A stretch of DNA of 64,000 nt from an uncultured Treponema sp. (GTDB taxonomy: Bacteria; Spirochaetota; Spirochaetia; Treponematales; Treponemataceae): assembly GCA_910584475.1 (NCBI GenBank), contig CAJUBD010000009.1, forward strand, positions 8,866 to 72,865. Reading direction: 5' to 3'. The stretch's first letter is position 1, and each line of letters begins with the position of its first letter. Of the stretch, positions 36,556 through 46,130 are shown piece by piece. Position numbers and translations under genes: made by a program. Under the pieces are notes generated by a model that saw only the letters and a list, made by a program, of their open reading frames with translations, was not told the DNA's origin and searched no databases.

Positions 36556-37370
36556 GATTTATTTTTCTTTTTTCGCTTCCGCTCGTTCTTTTCTCTTGCT
36601 CCGACATGATGGGCGACCTTGCAGACTCAATTGGGACAAAGACACATACTGTTGTTTCTGAATCCTGCAAAAGATTTTCCGCCGACAGCACGAACGGTGT
36701 TCCCCGTCCATTTTTTATCAACCAGTATGAAACGACATATGAATTGTGGTGGAATGTGAAGGAGTACGCGTTGAAAAACGGATATGCGTTCAAAAATCCG
36801 GGAACAGAGGGCAGCGGCAAAAACGCTTCTGCGCCATCGCTCAGAAAGTATATGCCGGTAACCTGTGTGAGTTTTTATGATAGTGCGGTGTGGTGCAATG
36901 CGTTTAGCCGTATGCGCTCTTTTTCTCCAGTTTATTTTTCAGACGCGGAATGTACAAAAGAATACACAAATGCCGAATTGGGCGGAACGGTGTACGCAAG
37001 CCTGTGTGCGGACGGATTTAGAATTCCGACAGAAAGCGAATGGATTTATGCGTTCCGTGGAGGAAATCCTCGGGATGTCTCGTGGAATTTCCGCTACTCA
37101 GGAAGCGATGACGCACAAGAAGTTGCTGTCTTTTCTGCCAGTTCAACGGCTCCTGCGGGTACAAGACAGGCGAACTCGGCGGGGTTGTTTGATATGAGCG
37201 GAAATGTCTGGGAATTCGTGTCGGATGCAAGCGGCGCATTTTCCAGCGCAAAGGGCGGAAGTTTTGGCGGAGATGAAAAATCGCTCGCTTGGAATTATAT
37301 GAAATTCGGTCTTGCGCAGGATGCCACATGGAGTTTTGTCGGTTTTCGTTTTGCCCGTAATGCAGAATGA
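36552..37370 (+). CDS. FGE-sulfatase (SUMF1) domain lipoprotein
   Basis: Lipobox LFSC, YETTY, PVTCVS..D...WCN, FRIPTESEW, NSAGLFDMSGNVWE, GFRFAR. Confidence 0.9.
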   Translation: MRFIFLFSLPLVLFSCSDMMGDLADSIGTKTHTVVSESCKRFSADSTNGVPRPFFINQYETTYELWWNVKEYALKNGYAFKNPGTEGSGKNASAPSLRKYMPVTCVSFYDSAVWCNAFSRMRSFSPVYFSDAECTKEYTNAELGGTVYASLCADGFRIPTESEWIYAFRGGNPRDVSWNFRYSGSDDAQEVAVFSASSTAPAGTRQANSAGLFDMSGNVWEFVSDASGAFSSAKGGSFGGDEKSLAWNYMKFGLAQDATWSFVGFRFARNAE

Positions 37371-37600
37371 GCGGCTTTCCGCGCCAGCCACTGACAAGAG
37401 CGAGAACAAGGCGACCGAACCGCTTCACAAAATTGTTGATTCACCTAAAAAATGCTCGCGATGACGACAGGGCATTGCTGTGTTGCTCGCTCAAAACAAC
37501 TATTTTGATTGCCATAACAACAATAATTTCGTCTTCCTCTTTACTCAATTCCATTTTTTCTATATAATAAAAATTCAAATCAAACTACAGGAGATTTCAA

Positions 37601-39076
37601 ATGGGAGAAAATTATTTTAACAAAATACCGTGGCGTGAGGCTCGGATGCAGCTCGGGCATTGCCGCTCTATGTCGAAAGAGGAATTCGCCGACGGCGTAA
37701 ACGCGCTCAAGGGAAAGAAAATCGTAATCGTCGGATGCGGAGCGCAGGGCTTGAACCAGGGAATGTGCTTGCGCGACAGCGGGCTTGACGTTTCCTACGC
37801 GCTTCGCGAAAGCGCGATTTCGGAAAAGCGGCAGAGTTGGAAGAACGCGACCGAGAACGGATTCAAAGTGGGCACTTATGACGAGCTGATTCCCACGGCG
37901 GATTTGGTTGGAAACTTGACTCCAGACAAGCAGCACACGTCCGTAATCACAGAAGTGATGAAGCGGATGAAAAAGGGCAGCGCGCTTTGGTACAGCCACG
38001 GATTCAACATTGTGGAAGAAGGAATGCAAATTCGCCCGGACATCACTGTCGTAATGTGCGCGCCGAAAGGTCCGGGCACTGAAGTTTGGCACGAATTCCA
38101 GCGCGGCTTCGGCGTTCCCGACCTCATCGCAGTTCATCCTGAAAACGATCCCGAAGGAAAAGGCTGGGCTTACGCGAAGGCTCTCGCCGTGGGCATGGGC
38201 GGAAGCAAAGCCGGCGTTTTGGAATCGTCGTTCGTGGCGGAAGTGAAAAGCGATTTGATGGGCGAGCAGACAATTCTCTGCGGAATGCTCCAGACGGGAA
38301 CGATTTTGTGTTTCCAAAAAATGGTGGACGAAGGAATTGCGCCCGAATATGCGACGAAATTTTTGATGCACGGCTGGAACGTGGTTTCCGAAGCGTTGAA
38401 ATGGGGCGGCATCACGAACATGATGGACAGGCTTTCCAATCCCGCGAAAATACGCGCGAATGCGCTTTCCAAGCAAATCAAAAAAATCTGCGCCCCGCTT
38501 TATCAAAAGCACATGGACGACATCATCAGCGGAAAATTTTCTTCCACGATGATGAAAGACTGGGCGGCGAAAGATCACGACCTTTTGACTTGGCGCGAAG
38601 AAACAGGCAAACTCGCATTTGAAACGACCGATGAATCCAAAGAAGAAATTTCCGAACAGGAATATTTTGACAAAGGAATTTTACTTGTGGCGATGGTAAA
38701 GGCAGGATGCGAATTGGCGTTCGAGACGATGGTAGATGCCGGAATCAAAGAAGAGAGCGCGTACTACGAATCGCTTCACGAAGTTCCGCTCATCGCGAAC
38801 CTCATCGACCGCCGCCGTCTCTATGAAATGAACAAAGTCATTTCCGATACCGCAGAATACGGCTGCTACCTTTTCGCCAATGCCGCCGTTCCGCTTCTCA
38901 AAGATTTTATGGCGGGCGTTTCCACGGACGTAATCGGAAAAGGACTTTCGCTCAAGGATTGCGCCGTGAACAACACGGAACTCGTTAACGTCAACGCCGA
39001 AATCCGAAACCATCCAATTGAAGTGGTAGGTTCTAGGTTACGAGCATACATGACAGCGATGAAACCAATATTGTAG
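37601..39076 (+). CDS. ilvC: Ketol-acid reductoisomerase (long, class II)
   Basis: [46 protein letters not shown]; 491 aa. Confidence 0.97.
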   Translation: MGENYFNKIPWREARMQLGHCRSMSKEEFADGVNALKGKKIVIVGCGAQGLNQGMCLRDSGLDVSYALRESAISEKRQSWKNATENGFKVGTYDELIPTADLVGNLTPDKQHTSVITEVMKRMKKGSALWYSHGFNIVEEGMQIRPDITVVMCAPKGPGTEVWHEFQRGFGVPDLIAVHPENDPEGKGWAYAKALAVGMGGSKAGVLESSFVAEVKSDLMGEQTILCGMLQTGTILCFQKMVDEGIAPEYATKFLMHGWNVVSEALKWGGITNMMDRLSNPAKIRANALSKQIKKICAPLYQKHMDDIISGKFSSTMMKDWAAKDHDLLTWREETGKLAFETTDESKEEISEQEYFDKGILLVAMVKAGCELAFETMVDAGIKEESAYYESLHEVPLIANLIDRRRLYEMNKVISDTAEYGCYLFANAAVPLLKDFMAGVSTDVIGKGLSLKDCAVNNTELVNVNAEIRNHPIEVVGSRLRAYMTAMKPIL

Positions 39077-39083
39077 AATGCAA

Positions 39084-39236
39084 TGTACTGAGTTTCGGCT
39101 CTGCCGAAACTCAGTACAAGCAAGCCGCAAGGCTTGCGACTATGACCGCGATGAAGCCAGTGCTTTAAACGGAAGTAGTGTACGAGAAATGCGCGAGCAT
39201 TTCTCGTTAAGCAAAATCGCTTTGCGATTTTGCGAC
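39084..39236. repeat. Tandem pair of double-hairpin units (REP/MITE-like)
   Basis: Each unit reads TGTAC-hairpin-AAGC-hairpin-GACT, giving four perfect stems of 7-16 bp. Confidence 0.75.
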
Positions 39237-39242
39237 TTTTTC

Positions 39243-40046
39243 CTATTCTTGTTTGAAAGGCATAAAGAATGATTTTAAAGGCCGGGGGCCGAGCATATTT
39301 CTGTCGTTTTCCAAGAGCGCGTCCCACGGAATGTTTTTTCGGGAATTCGCGCTTTTGTATTGCGGATTCGCGTCGAGCCAATCGTATTTGTAAAGCCGCA
39401 AGCGAAGCGCGTTCACCTGCGCAAGCACGATTCCCGCGCTGCCTGGAAGAACCGTAAAAATCACGAAAGAAAGTGCCGCCAAAAACAAATTATAGAAAAA
39501 CATAAAAATCGAAAACGCCGTGTTGTCGAAAAAAATGATAAAACATTTTTTGAGGCATTTAAAAAAATTGTCGTGAAGCAGCGCGCGCAAAGGCACGAAC
39601 CATTGCAACGAAAGAAAAAAAACGATTTCAAACGAAAGCAAAAGCAACGCGAGCGCGTTTCCCAAAATTCCGCCCATCGAATTGTAGACTGGAATTCCGA
39701 TTGCGCCGATTACGACAAGCGCGCCCATCAACGCGCCGTAGCGCAGCGCGTCTGGCAAAACTTTTGGAATCTGCCTAAAATATGAGCCGATGCTCGGCAT
39801 GGAAAAGTCCGCGATTTCCGCCGCGTTTTCCGAAAATGCCATCACCAAGACCATCACAAGCGCGAGCAAAATTATGAACGCGGCGCAAGTCAAAATCAGC
39901 GCGAAACTTGATTCCAGCGATAAAAGAGTGCTCAAGGTGAAAAACGCCAGCGCGGAAAAAAGCGAGACGACGATGTTCGGGACAAGCAAATACAAAATGT
40001 TGTCCCAACCATCACAAAAATTTTTTTTCAAAAAAAATCCAATCAT
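39243..40046 (-). CDS. Integral membrane protein
   Basis: Multiple TM segments; downstream of lysS. Confidence 0.8.
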   Translation of the reverse strand: MIGFFLKKNFCDGWDNILYLLVPNIVVSLFSALAFFTLSTLLSLESSFALILTCAAFIILLALVMVLVMAFSENAAEIADFSMPSIGSYFRQIPKVLPDALRYGALMGALVVIGAIGIPVYNSMGGILGNALALLLLSFEIVFFLSLQWFVPLRALLHDNFFKCLKKCFIIFFDNTAFSIFMFFYNLFLAALSFVIFTVLPGSAGIVLAQVNALRLRLYKYDWLDANPQYKSANSRKNIPWDALLENDRNMLGPRPLKSFFMPFKQE

Positions 40047-40049
40047 TCC

Positions 40050-41660
40050 TTAATATTCTCCCAAAAGCGCGAGCAATTTTTCTTTGCCGATTATCCGCAA
40101 AAATCCGCCAAGGCGCGGACCTTGGTCTTTCGCGATAAGCGCGTCATAAAGCGCGGCGAACAAAGCCTTCGCTTCCAATCCCAATTCCGTGGCGATGTCG
40201 TACATTGCCTGCTGACATTCTTTGTCGGTGGAAAAAGTTTCAAGGCGCGGCACCACTTCGTCGCGGACACGCTGGACGGCTTTCAAAACGTCGCCGCTCA
40301 ATTCTGCCTTGCTTCCGTCACTTCGAAGCGAAAAGCAGAATTCTGGCGCACAATCTGGCGCGCTGTGAGTAATCCAAAACCAAGCGCATTCGGTGCGTCG
40401 GCGCAATCGCTCTTCTTGCTCGCCCTTTAAATCTGGAAGCGATTTTAGAACCGCGTCGATGTCGCCTGAATAAGTTTGAAGCAAAGTCGTCAACATTCGG
40501 AACGTGATTTGGTACGGCATCGTTTCAGGAATTTTTCCGTCGATTTGGCTCAAAACATAAATGCGCTTTTCCTTTTCAAATTGCTCGTCATTTTTCGCCT
40601 TGTCGACTCCGTAGACAATCCGCTCGGTCTTGTCATAATCCTCGTAAACTTTGAGAACATCCATATCGAATGAAATCGCGAATTCCGTATTGGGACGAGT
40701 GCCCGCAAAAATATAACGCAAGACTTCCGCCTGATAGACGTCGAGAGCATCGGGCAGGGCGATGACCTTTCCTTTGGACGATGACATTTTTCCAGGAACG
40801 CCCTTCAAATTGACGAAATCGTAGCGCATCGTGATGGGCGCGTCCCATCCGTAAATTCTTTTGCTAACGAGCTTCGCCGTGTCGTAGCTTCCGCCCGGCG
40901 AAATGTGGTCTTTGCCGCCCGGCTCGAACACGACCTTTTCTTCGTTCCATCGCATCGGCCAGTCGATTCGCCAGCCTAATTTTATTCCGCTGAATTTCCG
41001 AATGTCGATTTTTTCCTCGCAGCCGCATTCGCATTTGTACGAAACGCCGTACTTGCCGTCGTAGTCCGTGATTTGCGTGGTGTCGCGATTGCATTTCGCG
41101 CAGAAAATCGAAGCAGGCCAATAATCTTCTTCCGCCTTGATTTTGTGCGCATCGTCGCGATATTCGTTCAAACATTCTTTTATCGTCTCGCGATTTTGAA
41201 GAGCAATTTTAATTCCCTCAGCGTAGCGGTTTGCGCGGTAGCGTTGGGCTTGGTACAAAAATTCAGGATGAATTCCGATTCGCGGAAGTTGAGTTTCGAT
41301 GTCCACTTCGTGATGACGCGCATAATTTTCATCGCGACCAGTCGTGTCAGGAACAAGCGTGATTGGAAAGCGCAAATATTTTTCCAGTGTTTCAGGATTC
41401 GGCATATTCGCCGGCACTTTTCGGAAAACGTCGTAGTCGTCCCACGAATAAATGAAGCGCACGTTTTTGCCTTGGTCGGCAAGCGCGCGCGCCACCAAAT
41501 CCACGGTGATGATTTCGCGGAAATTTCCCAAATGCACGGTGCCGCTCGGCGTGATGCCCGAAGCGCAAGTGTACAAATCCAAGTCACCTTTTTCGCGGAT
41601 GATTTTTTGCGCCATAACGTCGGCCCAATGAGCGGCGGAATTCTTATTTTCTGTGTTCAT
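40050..41660 (-). CDS. lysS: Lysine--tRNA ligase, class I
   Basis: HWAD, ASGITPSGTVHLGN, WDDYD, WRIDWPMRW, EPGGKDH, KMSSSKG, GPRLG. Confidence 0.97.
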   Translation of the reverse strand: MNTENKNSAAHWADVMAQKIIREKGDLDLYTCASGITPSGTVHLGNFREIITVDLVARALADQGKNVRFIYSWDDYDVFRKVPANMPNPETLEKYLRFPITLVPDTTGRDENYARHHEVDIETQLPRIGIHPEFLYQAQRYRANRYAEGIKIALQNRETIKECLNEYRDDAHKIKAEEDYWPASIFCAKCNRDTTQITDYDGKYGVSYKCECGCEEKIDIRKFSGIKLGWRIDWPMRWNEEKVVFEPGGKDHISPGGSYDTAKLVSKRIYGWDAPITMRYDFVNLKGVPGKMSSSKGKVIALPDALDVYQAEVLRYIFAGTRPNTEFAISFDMDVLKVYEDYDKTERIVYGVDKAKNDEQFEKEKRIYVLSQIDGKIPETMPYQITFRMLTTLLQTYSGDIDAVLKSLPDLKGEQEERLRRRTECAWFWITHSAPDCAPEFCFSLRSDGSKAELSGDVLKAVQRVRDEVVPRLETFSTDKECQQAMYDIATELGLEAKALFAALYDALIAKDQGPRLGGFLRIIGKEKLLALLGEY

Positions 41661-41861
41661 GATTTTCATTGTAACATAAAGGACGATTTGTTTCAATAAG
41701 GGGAAAGCCCGACAATGACAGGTTTGTGTGCTTCAGGCTCTGCTACGGCGAGCGACTTTGTTGCTTCGGTCGAAATGACAACTTCCCCGCAACTATTCAC
41801 CTCAAATCGTTTGACCGCGCAATAACTTTAAAGTATAATGTAAAAATAGGAGCGCGGGTCT

Positions 41862-41939
41862 TTGCATGAAATTCATTTTTACAAAGACAAAAAGGCGAAG
41901 CGCGAACTTGCGGATTTGAAAGAAAGGGGGCAAAAATGA
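41862..41939 (+). pseudogene. Internally deleted RelE/HigB-like toxin remnant
   Basis: AGGAG + TTG gives LHEIHFYKDKK-AKRELADLKERGQK*, i.e. only the two termini typical of RelE/HigB toxins. Confidence 0.55.
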
Positions 41940-42288
41940 ATAAGGAATATTGAGAGGCGATTGCGCAGGCAAAGGCGAATTTGGCAGACTTGAAGGAGCG
42001 GGGCGCGGACGCGGTTGTTGACAAAACTTGGGACGAAATACGTGCGGAGCTTTTCACGCCGGAAGAAATTGCGGCGAGCGATTTGCGCGTTGAACTCATC
42101 GGAGAACTCATCAAGGCGCGGGAAGAAAAAGGAATTAGCCAAAAAAACTCGAAGAATTGAGCGGAGTGCGCCAGCCCGTCATCGCGCGGATGGAAAAAGG
42201 TCGCACAAGCCCGCAGCTTGACACCGTGATGAAAGTGCTTTTTGCGCTGGGGAAAACGCTGAAAGTCGTTCCGCTTGAAGCAAAATAA
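41936..42288 (+). pseudogene. XRE/HigA-like antitoxin, disrupted
   Basis: Early TGA and a missing base in an A7 run. The repaired frame reads WDEIRAELFTPEEI...KAREEKGISQKKLEELSGVRQPVIARMEKG..SPQLDTV.KVL.ALG. Confidence 0.8.
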
Positions 42289-42302
42289 GAGTTTCCATCT
42301 GA

Positions 42303-42337
42303 AAAATCCTCGCGATATGAACCACCGCGAGGATTTT
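42303..42337. terminator. Terminator hairpin between convergent genes
   Basis: AAAATCCTCGCG...CGCGAGGATTTT. Confidence 0.65.
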
Positions 42338-42360
42338 CACTGGTTGTTTTTCTTCTATAT

Positions 42361-43154
42361 TTAGTTTACAGTGTTGTCGTCAACTAACTCCGTTTCTTGA
42401 AGTTTCACAATTTTTCTTGGAGTTGAAGTTGTGGTTGCTGTTTGGAATGTTCCGTCTTTGTTGTCTTTTATCTTTATGGGTGAAAAAGTTGATGAACTTG
42501 TCGAGCCGCTTCCCGATTCAGTTGTTGATTCTTGATGCAAAACAAAAGTGTATACATCCTCGGCGACTGCCGTTTGAACCCACAGACCAGAAACTTGTGA
42601 ATTGTAATGGAATTTTCCATCTTCTTTTTTTGTAAGACGATACAATTTTCCGTCTTCCATAAAATAATAAAAGCCCCGTTCATCGCTTGTCTCTGTATTT
42701 ATAGTTTTCCACGCGCCTACAATTTCCTTCGTTGTGTTTTTCATAGTCACTGCTGTGAGACAAGAATCTCCGTAGAGGTAATCAAGTCCTTTGGGGAATG
42801 AATAAACATGAATAAAACCGGGCGTCTTTCCTGTGACAACACAAGAAGTGCCGTTTTTGGCAAGCGTTACCTCACCCTTTGGTGAACTCAATGCGGATGA
42901 TGCTTCCCACTCAATTTCTGTGTCAGCAGGGGTGACCGTTGCGGTTAAATTGCTAGTTTTACCTACTTCTAGCCTTAAGGAATGTGGCGTTAGTTTTAAT
43001 GTTGGATTACTAGTGGTGGGCGGAGTGCCGATGTCCAAATCGCCTTTTGGCGGACTTGAAGTGTTGCCGTTGTCACACGACGCGAAAGAGAAGAGAAGTG
43101 CCGAAATGAGGATTGTTAATACCCCCCCCCCATACAAGTAAAAGTGTTTTTCAT
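42361..43154 (-). CDS. Big_2-domain surface lipoprotein, out of frame at a G10 tract (phase OFF)
   Basis: GGAGG-ATG at 43154. The G10 tract (43122-43131) leads to TAA. The downstream frame has lipobox FASC and an Ig-like domain. Confidence 0.75.
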
Positions 43155-43280
43155 TTTTTCCTCCAAATGAAATTGTTTTTCGCTTTTTGCGAATTCTTAA
43201 AGAATTCTACCACGTATTTTCTTCGCTGTCAAGCCTTGCGATTCATTTTCTGTCGAAAAAAATTTTAGGAGATAACCCTT

Positions 43281-44052
43281 ATGGCAAACATTGCGTCTAA
43301 CTTAAATTTCATCGAGAATCCGAACGGTCATGTGTCTGTAAAATTACAGCGCAATCATTTTTCTAAGGACTCTTCCGACAAGTTCGTGGGAAGGGCGGTG
43401 CGGAACACGCGCACGGTGGGAAATGTCCTGCAACTCGTGGCGGACAAAGTTCCCCAGCTCGACATCGGGACAGTGTATTCCGTGTGCGATGCACTGGAAA
43501 AAGTCCTCACGGAAAGTCTGGGCGGAGGAAATTCCGTCAAATGCTTGAACATGGGAATCTTCTACATCGCATGTCGCGGCACGACGGACGGAAAAACTTC
43601 CTCGCCAAAAATCACGGTGAAATTCGTTCTTTCGGAGAGGACGAAGGCGGCTATTGGAAAACTTGCGGTTTTGCAGGAAGCCTATTCGCCAGTGTGCGCG
43701 ACGATTTCCAAAATCACTGACATCGACACTGGGGAAAGCGGAGGCGCGCTTTCGCTTAATGGCTCGGTGCAGATTTTGGGAAAGAGGCTTTTGATTGGCG
43801 GAGAGGGAAGCGGGATTTGGCTCGCGCCCGCATCTGGCGAAAATGACGCAAATTGATCAAGACAGCTCTGACTGGGAGCAGGTTACCGCGCCGCTTTCCG
43901 TGAACACGCTGGGAACGCTTTTGTTTCCGCTTCCCAAGACGCTTTCTGCGGGAAAGTACCGCTTCGTGCTGAGGACGCGTTGCACTTCAAGCCTGAAGTA
44001 CGAACGCAGAGAAATGGTAACCACCGTTTCCGATGCGATTGCAATTCAGTAG
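43281..44052 (+). pseudogene. HU-like DNA-binding/DUF4469-type protein, frameshifted near 43850
   Basis: HU-like segment (L..G.SV....MG.F), then G..L.I.G...GI. The C-terminus (N...L.F.LP..L..G.Y....RT) continues in another frame. Confidence 0.65.
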
Positions 44053-44148
44053 GCGACGAAAATGCGGCGGCTAATCTTGCCGAAATCGCCGCGAGCCTTG
44101 CCGCCGCATTTTTTATAGAAAAAAATGATGTTTCGTCCAAAAATCCGC

Positions 44149-44178
44149 TTGACAACATCGCTTCTTGTCCGCTATAAT
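44149..44178 (+). promoter_or_regulatory. sigma70 promoter
   Basis: TTGACA-18 nt-TATAAT. Confidence 0.75.
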
Positions 44179-44183
44179 AAATC

Positions 44184-44307
44184 AGCGTCTTGGTAACGCT
44201 TGCCACCCGTGCAAAGATTTTATCATACCAAACCATATTGATTTATCCTTGATGCAAGAGTTTTGTCGCAAAGGATACGGGTCACAATCAGACAAAAAAC
44301 TCATGCA
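44184..44307 (+). ncRNA. Candidate structured 5' leader RNA
   Basis: Lies between a consensus promoter and the RBS, with several complementary segments (see findings). Confidence 0.45.
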
Positions 44308-44326
44308 GAACTATTAGGAGGAATCA

Positions 44327-45112
44327 ATGGAACACATCGACTATTTTAAACTTCAAGCAAAAAATCTTTTAAAGGATTTCAAAACTCGCTTCTTTGACGA
44401 AAAAGAAAATTTCTACAATTATAATCCGAAATATTTTGACATTGTAGGAATTTTTCTTGATTTTGGAATATACGACGATGATAAAGATTTTAAATTCACG
44501 CTGATGAACGCACAGCACATTATTGCGCAACTTGCAGGATTTTCAAAATGGAATGAATTGGAAAAAGCGTCCGCACCAGAATTAGAACTTGCCCACTTGT
44601 TGTTTGACAACGCGCACAAAATCAATATTGAAGAATGGAAAAACTATCTGCTTGACATAGAACGCGAAAACAACATCCGCCTGACCGCAGAAGAAAAGTT
44701 GGATATTTTCAAACAAGTTTTCTTGAGCGCGGACAAACACCGAAGCGATTTTGTTCCGTATCGGACAGACTTGGAAAAAAAGCGCAATACGCCGCCGGCA
44801 GATTTTGACGAAGAAGAACTCTACGACAAAACTGACATATATGATGAATTGGACGAATCTGAAAAACTTGCGGCAATCAAAGAACATCAGAAAAACGGAT
44901 TTAATTACGACCTTGATGAAACTGTTGAATGTTTGCATTGTGGTGAGCAGTATAAATTCCGGGAAGTAAAATCAATCCGCATAAAACCACAATATCGCGG
45001 AGAATATGATTTTGACGAAATTGTCTGCAAGAATTATCCAAAATGTAGCGGAAGTATAATTGATTTGATGAAAGTCGATGAGTCGAAAAATTGTACTAGG
45101 GAGGGAAATTAA
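44327..45112 (+). CDS. Protein with KxQAKxL...AQxxIA...GFxxW N-terminal domain and C-terminal Cys-rich Zn ribbon
   Basis: FKLQAKNLLKD, LMNAQHIIAQLAGFSKWNEL, CLHC...C....C. AGGAGG RBS. Confidence 0.75.
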   Translation: MEHIDYFKLQAKNLLKDFKTRFFDEKENFYNYNPKYFDIVGIFLDFGIYDDDKDFKFTLMNAQHIIAQLAGFSKWNELEKASAPELELAHLLFDNAHKINIEEWKNYLLDIERENNIRLTAEEKLDIFKQVFLSADKHRSDFVPYRTDLEKKRNTPPADFDEEELYDKTDIYDELDESEKLAAIKEHQKNGFNYDLDETVECLHCGEQYKFREVKSIRIKPQYRGEYDFDEIVCKNYPKCSGSIIDLMKVDESKNCTREGN

Positions 45113-45114
45113 TT

Positions 45115-46095
45115 ATGACAAACACAAACATCAATATTTTTGAAAAAGAAGCAATGTGCATTTACAAAGACGAATATTATTCTGTTCGTGACAACGGCGC
45201 AATTCTCCGCCATTCACGCGAAACTGGACGAAAGAGGAAGGACGATGATATTTGGACATTCGGCACTTCTATTGACGACAAGGGATTTTATTCATTCGGA
45301 AATGTAAAAGTCCAACAGATTGTGGCAACCGCATTTTTGGGAACACCTCCTACTTCTCAGTATGTCGTGTTCCATAAAAATTACAACAAACAGGACAACA
45401 GAATTGAAAATCTTGCGTGGGTGACAAAATTTGAATACCATATTTTGCAACCGCAGGTACAAGCGCAACTTAGAATTGTTACTGGCGAAAACAAAATTGA
45501 AAAAATTCTTTCCGATTTTGAACAATACAAATCTTTTCTTCCGCAAAATCTTTTTTGGATGCGCTCTGTTTCCCAAGAAGATGCCGACAAATGCCTACAA
45601 AAATATATTGACTTGAAATTTTCCACAAAAGAAGAAAGAGAACAATTAGATTGGAATACGCTAGAAAGCAAGAAAAACATAAAAGAAATTTTCCCTGATT
45701 TAAAGCCAGCTCTTACACCAAATGCCTTCGTAGCTGGAAATATGATTCCGTCATACTTTCCTTGCTGTCCACAAACAATTGGGGAAAATCCGCTTCAGGC
45801 GTATTTTGAAAATTTAAAAACTGGAAACACATATTATACGAATGAGCGTTACAAGACAATCGTGCTTGAAGCGGCGTTTTATGAAGAGAAACAAAAGATT
45901 ATCGTAAAATGCGAAAGCGGCGACGGCGAAAAGGCAATAAAACCGTGGAGCGTCTCCACAATTACTTTTGAAAATGGTATGTATTTGCATACGCTGTACA
46001 GAACATGCTTTGAGAAAAAAAGTGCTGACAAGTATTTTACAATCTTGCAAGACAAAGAATGGACAGGCGGCGATGTATTCGATGATTTTTGCTGA
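45115..46095 (+). CDS. HNH endonuclease-domain protein
   Basis: VQQIVATAFLG...VVFHKNYNKQDNRIENLAWVT follows the HNH_3 pattern. Confidence 0.8.
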   Translation: MTNTNINIFEKEAMCIYKDEYYSVRDNGAILRHSRETGRKRKDDDIWTFGTSIDDKGFYSFGNVKVQQIVATAFLGTPPTSQYVVFHKNYNKQDNRIENLAWVTKFEYHILQPQVQAQLRIVTGENKIEKILSDFEQYKSFLPQNLFWMRSVSQEDADKCLQKYIDLKFSTKEEREQLDWNTLESKKNIKEIFPDLKPALTPNAFVAGNMIPSYFPCCPQTIGENPLQAYFENLKTGNTYYTNERYKTIVLEAAFYEEKQKIIVKCESGDGEKAIKPWSVSTITFENGMYLHTLYRTCFEKKSADKYFTILQDKEWTGGDVFDDFC

Positions 46096-46130
46096 AAAAT
46101 GTGATATAATTTATTTTGAAAGGAGTTCTT

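Noticed and set aside
37367..37600. Branched-chain amino-acid attenuator upstream of ilvC
   Set aside because: No RBS-led Ile/Val/Leu leader peptide with a terminator/antiterminator; a -10-like TATAAT lies just before the gene.
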